Virus record (IMG/VR): IMGVR_UViG_3300031867_003838
Span: 1-44,670 of that record
Source: a virus
Taxonomy: Duplodnaviria > Heunggongvirae > Uroviricota > Caudoviricetes
Length of the DNA stretch: 44,670 nt
Strand: one strand, 5' to 3'
Shown: one piece after another, positions 1 to 7,360 of the stretch
How positions within the stretch are numbered: position 1 is the first letter of the stretch
Layout of the letters: every line of letters begins with the position of its first letter
Position numbers and translations under genes: made by a program
Notes under the pieces: generated by a model
What the model was told of the DNA's origin: nothing
The model's database searches: none
Seen by the model: only the letters and a program-made list of their open reading frames with translations

Positions 1-20
1 CGCCTGAATCCCTATAAACT

Positions 21-734
21 TTACTTGTCGGCCTTCTTAGCACGCTTTGCACGCTTTTCGGCTTTGGCTGCCTGCTTTGCAATCTCAAGCTTAGCCTTCT
101 GCTCTACCATGGACGGAAGCTCAAGGTCAAACTCACAAGACTCTGTCGAGGTCCTTACGTTAAAAGGACCATAGAAGCGGATCAAGCCGGTATATATCAG
201 CTTGTCCGCAAGGCGTCTCATGACGATCTTTTTAAACTCGGACGGTGTCCGCTTCGTGATTGACCATGTGCCTGTTGTGGTAACCGGTTTACGATTTCCG
301 GACGCGGAATCACCGGATACGGCATCACACAGCGCGTCTACAAAGTCGGTTCCCTCGGCATCGACTCCATACGCCTCAAAGAAGCGTACAAAAGCGTTGT
401 AAATCTGTGCGCGGGTTCCCGCGTTCTCAAAGTCTTTGGTCAGCGTCTTTACTTCTTCGCTGAACTTAATCTTAGTCCACGGACGCACGATTTCATTGTA
501 CGCCTTCGTGTACTTTTCGATCATGTCCTTGCATTCAGCAATCTTGCGGTCAATGTCTTCCGGTGCATCCCATGTGTGGCGCGTCTTTTCAAACGCGCTG
601 ATCATATCCTGCTGCTCCTGGATTGCTTCCGCGAGTTCGTCATGGTATTCCCACGCCCACACGCTGTTATACATGTAATCGAATACCTCGGACGTAAGTC
701 TACGATCTGCTGCCATGATATTGATTTTTTTCAT
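21..734 (-). CDS. Hypothetical phage protein (237 aa, basic C-terminus)
   Basis: ORF track; strong SD (AGGAGG on the minus strand, 743-748) upstream of the ATG; no recognisable motif. Confidence 0.75.
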   Translation of the reverse strand: MKKINIMAADRRLTSEVFDYMYNSVWAWEYHDELAEAIQEQQDMISAFEKTRHTWDAPEDIDRKIAECKDMIEKYTKAYNEIVRPWTKIKFSEEVKTLTKDFENAGTRAQIYNAFVRFFEAYGVDAEGTDFVDALCDAVSGDSASGNRKPVTTTGTWSITKRTPSEFKKIVMRRLADKLIYTGLIRFYGPFNVRTSTESCEFDLELPSMVEQKAKLEIAKQAAKAEKRAKRAKKADK

Positions 735-1376
735 TGTTTTTTCCTCCTGTTTTGGATGTGTTAGTTATTGTGTGCTTATGCACACATTTCATCCGGTAAT
801 CGCGTTATCGGATCAAATGCACGCATAAGCGTACATCGGACAGTGGCGTTCCTGTGCTTCGGCTCATAGCACGTTTCCTTACGCGTAACACGGAAGAATC
901 CATTCCGTGTCATAGGTGCGAGTAACAGGAATTCTTCGCCGACTGCCTGTTTTGCTAGTTGCCCCGCCCGTGTCCGGTTTTAACGACTATATGGGGTAAA
1001 CCCACATATAACCCGCGTAGTATAGTATCCCAATGTAACAATCCCGTGAGGATCCATTCGCCCGTCAAATTACAACGGCTTCCGGTCGCGTTTTCGCTCT
1101 TTTCGTTGCTTCTATCCTGCCTGTCAACGCTTTAGTGGATCCCCGTCCGATTACGTCCCTTTATTTGCGCTTCAGAAGTAAATGACAGTTACTTTCATCA
1201 ACTACTTAGAGTTAATTTGCTATGTATTTGTCATGGTACGAGTGCGTTAGGATTCATGATACCTAATCGCTCACGGCGTATAGCAGAGGCTCAAAAACTA
1301 TACGCGGTTTAGTTGTCTAGTTCCTGTCGTTTCCTCCTTCCTTATTCATGACAGGTAGCGCGGTTAATAGTTACTC

Positions 1377-1425
1377 GCGGAAGTGGCTTCCGCTATGAGA
1401 TATTGATGCGGAAGTGGCTTCCGCT
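1377..1425. repeat. Two identical 18-bp units GCGGAAGTGGCTTCCGCT, each containing the inverted repeat GCGGAAG-tgg-CTTCCGC
   Basis: Exact copies at 1377-1394 and 1408-1425 (31-bp period). Confidence 0.9.
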
Positions 1426-1437
1426 GTTGTTGAGATA

Positions 1438-1465
1438 ACTATATCAAAGGCATAAAAAAATACAA
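1438..1465 (-). promoter_or_regulatory. Putative leftward sigma-A promoter
   Basis: Minus strand TTGTAT-16 nt-TATAGT with an extended -10 (TGa TATAGT). Confidence 0.5.
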
Positions 1466-1937
1466 CAATCTTACATAAAAAAATTTTCGATAGTTGCCAA
1501 AATGCAGTGTTTATGCTGCATTCCGGACACAAAAAATTCAAATCCCACAAATATCTATTTTAGTGAGACGGGGACTTTGGGGTCCCTGGCTCTGGCAGCT
1601 TCGGGGACTGCCAGAAATCCGCACAAAGCCTTACATTTCAAGGGCGCGTGGGGGCTGGTTAAAACCAAGATCATCCGTCAGCCGCCCCGAAGACCTATGG
1701 GTGGTCCACCCCAACACCAACCAAAAATTCCACCACCCTACCACCAAAAATTAAATCCCCGTTCCCCACTACCTACACCAATTCTGCCAAGGAATGAAAC
1801 ATAATTACATATCGCTCGATTTCATCGTGCTGCCCTTATAACTACTACCATTCCGTGTAATAGACCACAAAACTCACCATTCCCCGTCCGCGTCCAGGAT
1901 CACACTATATACCACATAAACAGTGAGAAATCTGCCC

Positions 1938-1971
1938 AAAGAAAAAGGAGGCTGATTTCCATCAACCTCCT
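1938..1971 (-). terminator. Intrinsic terminator (leftward)
   Basis: Minus strand AGGAGGTTGAT-GGAA-ATCAGCCTCCT followed by TTTTCTTT. Confidence 0.65.
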
Positions 1972-2029
1972 GCAAATACTCGATAAACTCCATTTCGTTA
2001 TACAATATATTGCATAACTTAATAGTAGT

Positions 2030-2490
2030 TAAATAGATCTATTTAAACATAAACAGATCTATTTAGTCAATTTAAAATTAAACAGATCTATTTATAAATA
2101 AACAGATCTATTTAGATATAAATAGTCTATTTACAGTTAAATAGATCTATTTAAAGAATAAACAGATCTATTTATAAATAGTCTATTTAAAATAAACACT
2201 TCCATTTATAAACTGTCTATTTAAACATAAATAGATCTATTTAAAGAATAAACAGATCTATTTATAAATAGTTATTAAATATAAACAGTTCCATTTATAA
2301 ATAGTCTATTTAAACATAAATGGATCTATTTATAAATAAATGGATCTGTTTAAAGTAAATAGACTACCTTTTATTAATAGTTCTATTTACATAACCATGT
2401 TCTATTTAAAATCTAAATGGAACTATTTATAAATTAAGGGAGTCTATTGTTCTTTTACACAATAGACTCCCTCATAGTAATAGATCTATA
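2030..2490. repeat. AT-rich array of about 21 copies of a 15-16-bp palindrome, consensus TAAA(T/C)AGATCTATTTA
   Basis: Perfect palindrome TAAATAGATCTATTTA at 2030, 2138 and 2228. TAAACAGATCTATTTA at 2050, 2079, 2099, 2159 and 2249. 15-bp TAAATAGTCTATTTA at 2119, 2175 and 2298. Further degenerate copies run to 2490. A 44-bp block is duplicated exactly (2138-2181 and 2228-2271). Confidence 0.95.
2437..2472. other. Perfect 14-bp inverted repeat (hairpin/cruciform)
   Basis: AGGGAGTCTATTGT-8 nt-ACAATAGACTCCCT. Confidence 0.85.
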
Positions 2491-2499
2491 TATATAAAT

Positions 2500-2529
2500 A
2501 AAATACACTATCCGACCACCGCTTGTCAA
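2500..2529 (-). promoter_or_regulatory. Putative leftward sigma-A promoter pointing into the palindrome array
   Basis: Minus strand TTGACA-18 nt-TATTTT; back-to-back with the rightward promoter. Confidence 0.5.
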
Positions 2530-2555
2530 GCACAAATTTATTTTCCTAGAACATA

Positions 2556-2584
2556 TTGACACTTTCCCGCAGAAATGCTACAAT
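2556..2584 (+). promoter_or_regulatory. Rightward sigma-A promoter of the early/middle operon
   Basis: TTGACA-17 nt-TACAAT with an extended -10 (TGc); SD AGGAGGG precedes ATG 2621. Confidence 0.85.
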
Positions 2585-2620
2585 TCAAATCAGGATTACT
2601 AGATTACAAGGAGGGACGCA

Positions 2621-2998
2621 ATGCTCTATTCAGATTATATCCCATACAATTCAGCCATCACATGGGATGACGTATACCGCTTCACCGGATCCAACAACAT
2701 CGGCAGAAACTCAGCCAACCACATAATCGGCGACGAATGGAACGCCGGAATGGCTTTGGCTAAGCTAGCCGACTATCTGGGCGACGGCAACTTCATTCCC
2801 GCAAATGAGTTTACGGCCTGCTTTGAATACGGCCTGACATATAATCAGTACCACGCAATTGCGCAAACAATCGCCCAAAGCATCTACGACCAGCGCAATC
2901 TGCCTGATGAAGAGCCGTATGAATACTGGCTTTTCATCGTCAATAACTGTTACGGAGTTTTCAAGGAGTGTGTGAAAAATGGACATGATTTATCTTGA
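2621..2998 (+). CDS. Hypothetical protein (125 aa)
   Basis: ORF with strong SD directly downstream of a consensus promoter. Confidence 0.8.
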   Translation: MLYSDYIPYNSAITWDDVYRFTGSNNIGRNSANHIIGDEWNAGMALAKLADYLGDGNFIPANEFTACFEYGLTYNQYHAIAQTIAQSIYDQRNLPDEEPYEYWLFIVNNCYGVFKECVKNGHDLS

Positions 2999-4055
2999 CT
3001 GCGCAGCAACTACCCGGCCGTGTAAGGAAGCGGTGGAAGCCTTCAACTCAGCGCCGTGGCTCAATCCTTCCGCTACATTATACGACTCTTCCGCAAAGCT
3101 TGCAATTGAAACCGCACGGAAGGACGTAGCCTCACAGCTTGGCTGCTCCACGGATCAGATCTTTTTCACGTCCGGCAGCACCGAAGCCGCGAACTGGATC
3201 ATCAGCTCGGCCGTCCGCGCAGGGGACCACATTATCACGGACTTACTTGAGCATCCGTGCGTTTATGAATCAACTCTTCGGGCAGAATCACGAGGCGTAA
3301 ACATTCATTTCGTTAAGAACGAAGGCTGTCTGTTAGATCTCAGCTCTCTCGACGATCTGCTGAAATACTGTACCGCCAGAGGTCGCAAGGCCCTGGTCGC
3401 CATCATGTCAGCGAACAACGAGCTAGGATCCGAATTTAGACCTTCACGAATCGCAGAAATCGTAGGCAGGTTCGAGAACGCTTCCTATTTCTGCGACATG
3501 ACGCAGCTGCAGCAGCCGCTTGATGGAATCGACTTCGCCTGTATGTCGGCTCACAAATTCGGTGGATATAAAGGAACGGGGGTGTGTTTTGCCAGACGGC
3601 CAGAAGAGTTGGTGCCGCTATTATACGGCGGTCACCAGGAGGCAAATCACAGAGCCGGCACGGAAAACGTCGGCGGAATCTGCGCAATGGCTGCAGCTAT
3701 GAAGGCGAGGACGCCGCTAGGATACGGACTGAGAGATCATATTGAAGAGCTCGCCAGGCAAAGCGGAATGACCGTAAACGGCGGTGATTATGTCGTTCCG
3801 AACATCGTCAGTATTACTCTCCCAGATTGTAAAGCACAAGATATGGTAGTCGCGCTGGCAATGGACGGCATATATATTTCGGCAGGATCTGCGTGTAACA
3901 CCGGAACGGCAGAGCCGTCACGGGTTCTGCTAAACGCAGGACTTACGGGAGATGAGGCGCTGAGGACGGTTAGGATCTCGTTTGACCGAAATAATACTGA
4001 GGCGGAAATCGACGAGCTGTTTGAGAGAATGAATTGTTACAGGAGGGTTTTATGA
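2979..4055 (+). CDS. iscS: PLP-dependent cysteine desulfurase (IscS/NifS family)
   Basis: IYLDCAATT, FTSGSTEA, EHPCV, PLP-lysine motif SAHKFGG, RAGTENV, catalytic Cys in SAGSAC, RISF. Confidence 0.93.
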   Translation: MDMIYLDCAATTRPCKEAVEAFNSAPWLNPSATLYDSSAKLAIETARKDVASQLGCSTDQIFFTSGSTEAANWIISSAVRAGDHIITDLLEHPCVYESTLRAESRGVNIHFVKNEGCLLDLSSLDDLLKYCTARGRKALVAIMSANNELGSEFRPSRIAEIVGRFENASYFCDMTQLQQPLDGIDFACMSAHKFGGYKGTGVCFARRPEELVPLLYGGHQEANHRAGTENVGGICAMAAAMKARTPLGYGLRDHIEELARQSGMTVNGGDYVVPNIVSITLPDCKAQDMVVALAMDGIYISAGSACNTGTAEPSRVLLNAGLTGDEALRTVRISFDRNNTEAEIDELFERMNCYRRVL

Positions 4056-4936
4056 TGAACGAATTACAGATTTTTAGTAACGCAGAATTTGGGAATGTTA
4101 GAACTGTCGTAATTGATGATGATCCGTGGTTTGTAGGTAAGGACGTCGCAATTGCACTAGGGTATAGCAATCCAAGAGACGCACTCATAAACCACGTAGA
4201 CCCCGAAGACAAGGGGGTCGCCAAATGCGACACCCTTGGTGGATCCCAAGAAGTAACCGTGATTAATGAATCAGGATTATACTGTCTGGTCCTTGGAAGC
4301 AAGATCGATTCTGCGAGAAAATTTAGAAGATGGATAACTTCGGAGGTAATACCTTCGTTGCTCAGAACCGGCAAATATGAATACGAAGCTTTAAAACAAC
4401 AGCGCCTGAAAGAAGAGGCTGATAACATCTCGTCTCAGATTACAGACGAGAACTGGAAGTATGTACAAGAGAATATTATGAGGCGTTATAACGTCAGTCA
4501 TCTTCTGCTTCCTTCCGCAGAAACAAACCTCACTGCAAAGCTCATCGTTACCGACGAGAAAGATAAGTGGGCAATCGACAACGCCATGAAGGCATACGGA
4601 GATGTATACGAGTACTACCGCACTACTCACGACGACAGAAAGATTAAAGAGTACGTCAATTTACCCGGCAATCAGTGGCTCAGTACAATTGGCAGCGCGA
4701 TCTTGAGTTCAGCATTATTCATTGGCCGCAAAGCTCATGTCAAGTGGGATCCTGCTTCTCCGCAGATGATCTTCAACTGCTCATCACTTCGCAAAGACGG
4801 GTGCGTTACAATCCCGAAGATTGGCGCGTTTGCAATGGATAGAAAGATTACTCTTCCACCAGGCAAGCAGCTCTCAATGGCGATTGTCGAGAAAGAACCT
4901 GATGCGAGTTACAGTATCACGTTCAAGTACAAGTGA
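4052..4936 (+). CDS. BRO-N domain (antirepressor-like) DNA-binding protein
   Basis: N-terminus MNELQIFSNAEFGNVRTVVIDDDPWFVGKDVAIALGY...INESGLY...FRRWITSEVIPS is typical of BRO-N; SD AGGAGG at 4041; start coupled to the iscS stop. Confidence 0.88.
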   Translation: MMNELQIFSNAEFGNVRTVVIDDDPWFVGKDVAIALGYSNPRDALINHVDPEDKGVAKCDTLGGSQEVTVINESGLYCLVLGSKIDSARKFRRWITSEVIPSLLRTGKYEYEALKQQRLKEEADNISSQITDENWKYVQENIMRRYNVSHLLLPSAETNLTAKLIVTDEKDKWAIDNAMKAYGDVYEYYRTTHDDRKIKEYVNLPGNQWLSTIGSAILSSALFIGRKAHVKWDPASPQMIFNCSSLRKDGCVTIPKIGAFAMDRKITLPPGKQLSMAIVEKEPDASYSITFKYK

Positions 4937-4945
4937 GGTGCACAC

Positions 4946-5134
4946 ATGACTTGGGACGAATTTACTAAGAAACACACGGAACGGATTACCGTATACGGCG
5001 ATTTCGCAAAGACGAACATCACTTGCCCAGATTGCGGCGAGTGGATTTACCGCGACATGTCGGTAGTTGTGCCGACCAATCCGCCGAGGTTCAAGTACTT
5101 CTGTGGCAAATGTGGTTGGGAAAGGTGGTCATAA
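4946..5134 (+). CDS. Small zinc-ribbon protein (62 aa)
   Basis: CPDC...CGKC; SD GAGGTG. Confidence 0.75.
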   Translation: MTWDEFTKKHTERITVYGDFAKTNITCPDCGEWIYRDMSVVVPTNPPRFKYFCGKCGWERWS

Positions 5135-5409
5135 TGAAAGAACTGCACGACAACGTAATTGAATTCTTCAGCGAGGAGGACACTGCCACTCTCTCACTGC
5201 ATAGAAGAAAGTATATATCAAGAATTAAGAAACTAAAGAAGCTTCGCCCTGACGAAGTTGATTATGTTGAGAATGCAGATGGAACAATCTGCGCACATGT
5301 ACCAGTCAGCTGGATCAAAATTAATCCGACCAAGATCTTAACTCCAGATGAGCAGGAGGAACGTCGCTTACGTTTGTTGAAAACTCCCTGTGCACAGGAA
5401 GAGATTTGA
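5134..5409 (+). CDS. Hypothetical phage protein (91 aa)
   Basis: ATG overlaps the upstream TAA (TAATG); 3' part of the tracked 5023 ORF. Confidence 0.7.
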   Translation: MKELHDNVIEFFSEEDTATLSLHRRKYISRIKKLKKLRPDEVDYVENADGTICAHVPVSWIKINPTKILTPDEQEERRLRLLKTPCAQEEI

Positions 5410-5586
5410 ATCAATTTCGAACGGTAATAATATAGATGGACAATTGTAAGGGTGTTGAGTTGTATCACAAAATTGCATACAAAAAACACGCTGTAGAATT
5501 AAGCGCCCGGGAAACGGACAATTAAAAACGCTCAACATATTCCATCGCACGATTTTTATAACAACAGAGATTAAAAGGAGAAACGC

Positions 5587-6048
5587 ATGAGAAAAGTTTG
5601 GTGTGAAGGCGAGGCCGCGCTTGCGGCCGTAGCCGAGTATCTCAGGCAGAATGACATTGTAGTATATGATTGGGGAACCGTTGTCGATCCTTTATGTTAT
5701 GCCTTGCCAATTGGATTTTCTTTTGATGAATCTGCTGAAAAAGGCGAGGTCTTTTACGACCGTGGCGCCTTCAACAGATGTGACGCGACAGAGATCTCGT
5801 CTGCCGGAATCGCGTACCTTGTTGACGATCCCGTCAATCACCCGTCGCATTACACCGGCGGGAAGGTCGAATGCATCGAAGCAATGGAGCGCGTCTTTGG
5901 AAAGGAAGCGGTGATCTCCTTCTCAATCCTTAACGCGTGGAAGTACCTCTGGCGTAGAAAAGGAAAAGGCAATGAGAAGCAGGACGTGAAGAAAGCGCTC
6001 TGGTATTTTGACAAAGCAAAGGAGTTGCTAAATGACAGTACTGAATGA
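5587..6048 (+). CDS. DUF3310-like protein (T7 gp1.7 nucleotide-kinase-like family)
   Basis: DPVNHPSHY...ECIEAM...NAWKYLWR..KG...QDVKKALWY signature; SD AAGGAG. Confidence 0.8.
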   Translation: MRKVWCEGEAALAAVAEYLRQNDIVVYDWGTVVDPLCYALPIGFSFDESAEKGEVFYDRGAFNRCDATEISSAGIAYLVDDPVNHPSHYTGGKVECIEAMERVFGKEAVISFSILNAWKYLWRRKGKGNEKQDVKKALWYFDKAKELLNDSTE

Positions 6049-6379
6049 GACGACAGAATTTTTCGCAAATCAAAGGGCTATGACCTTGATTGTGATCATG
6101 ATGGTTCTAGTATCGGTGTTTTTCACTTTATATTGTGTTGCACGCGATGTTACCGAAAAGGCATGGCTGTACATCCTTTCCGCACTCATATGCATAGGTG
6201 TCGCCATCTTAACGGCCTTGGTTACTCCGACGGTTTCCAAAACGTACAAGTACTATGACGTCACCCTTGACAATACTTACCCGGCAAAGGATCTCTTAGA
6301 TGAATATGAAATCGTTGAGCGGCGAGGCGAGATATTCACAATTAGAAAGGAGGTGCAAGATGATCAAGCTGACGGATGA
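6032..6379 (+). CDS. Small membrane protein with two predicted TM helices
   Basis: Hydrophobic runs LIVIMMVLVSVFFTLYCV and WLYILSALICIGVAILTALV. Confidence 0.7.
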   Translation: MTVLNETTEFFANQRAMTLIVIMMVLVSVFFTLYCVARDVTEKAWLYILSALICIGVAILTALVTPTVSKTYKYYDVTLDNTYPAKDLLDEYEIVERRGEIFTIRKEVQDDQADG

Positions 6380-6608
6380 GTATTACATTGAAGCAGATGA
6401 CTCACCGCCGCGCTACGCTCTGTGTGAGGCCGGCGGCAAAGTCATAAGTTATCACGCGACGCTTGAGGGCGCGGTCGGTTGGCTCCCGAACGTCATAGGC
6501 GCTAAGAAGCTAAAAGAAATATCTTGCCTGAGTCTTGATGATGCGCTTGCGCAGATTATTGAACTTAGGCAAGAGCTAATAAATGTAGTGAAGGAGAATT
6601 GTGTATGA
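6360..6608 (+). CDS. Hypothetical protein (82 aa)
   Basis: SD AAAGGAGGTG before ATG 6360; 3' part of the tracked 6300 ORF. Confidence 0.7.
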   Translation: MIKLTDEYYIEADDSPPRYALCEAGGKVISYHATLEGAVGWLPNVIGAKKLKEISCLSLDDALAQIIELRQELINVVKENCV

Positions 6609-7360
6609 ACAAAAGAAAGATTGCTGAACTATTGACAGACAAATTTGAAACGGTGGCGTTCAAAGAGTATCTGATAGATATGGCTGAGAAGATCCCGGAC
6701 TACTTCTTTACAATGCCGAGTTCTACTTCCGGCAAATACCACAACGCTACGCAGTGTCAGACATACGGCCAGCTGTACCATGTATTCATGTTTCAGAGTG
6801 TGCTTGAGCATCTGCTGCGTCTTGAGGGTAACAAGGAACGCTTTCCTATTACGCAGGAGCGTGACTGCATGAGATGTGTTCCGCTTTTGCACGATGCAGT
6901 CAAGTGTGGTTGGGACGGATCGCAGTATACGGTTCCGGATCATCCTGTTCTTGCGGCAAAGTTCGTGATGGATACTGTCGTTGAGCATGACATTGATCGA
7001 CAGTGGAAACTGATCATTGCAGATATGTGTGAGGCTCACTCCGGAGAATGGAACACTGATAGGTCTGGAAAGGTCATCATGTCAAAACCGAGGAATACAA
7101 GAGAATTCCTGATTCATGAGTGCGACATCCTGTCGAGCAGAAACGACCTTGACTGGAAGATCTCGGATGAACTGAAAGCACTTCTGCCGAGTCCTAAGCC
7201 GACTGTTGAGAACTATGTAATCCCAATTGGTAAGTACAAAGGCCGTGATCTCCTTGAGGTATTTGCGCTCGACAGAGATTACTGTAATTGGATGGCAGAT
7301 AACATTGAAAAGGAGCCGCTCAGGACGCTGGTGAGAAAACTTGTTTATGGGGAGGAATGA
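6605..7360 (+). CDS. HD-domain phosphohydrolase with a short C-terminal GKYKG domain
   Basis: SSTSGKYH, LLHDAVKCG (HD), AHSGEW, HECDILSSR; C-terminal IPIGKYKG...YCNWM. Confidence 0.8.
   Translation: MNKRKIAELLTDKFETVAFKEYLIDMAEKIPDYFFTMPSSTSGKYHNATQCQTYGQLYHVFMFQSVLEHLLRLEGNKERFPITQERDCMRCVPLLHDAVKCGWDGSQYTVPDHPVLAAKFVMDTVVEHDIDRQWKLIIADMCEAHSGEWNTDRSGKVIMSKPRNTREFLIHECDILSSRNDLDWKISDELKALLPSPKPTVENYVIPIGKYKGRDLLEVFALDRDYCNWMADNIEKEPLRTLVRKLVYGEE

Noticed and set aside
1494-1804. Two overlapping plus-strand ORFs (86 and 100 aa)
   Set aside because: No SD; low-complexity Pro/His-rich translation caused by the C-skewed tract.
2030-2490. CRISPR array
   Set aside because: Linkers are mostly 0-5 nt with no unique 25-40-nt spacers, and no cas genes are in the window.
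5473-5499. Possible internal promoter TTGCAT...TAGAAT
   Set aside because: The 15-nt spacer is too short; not reported as a feature.
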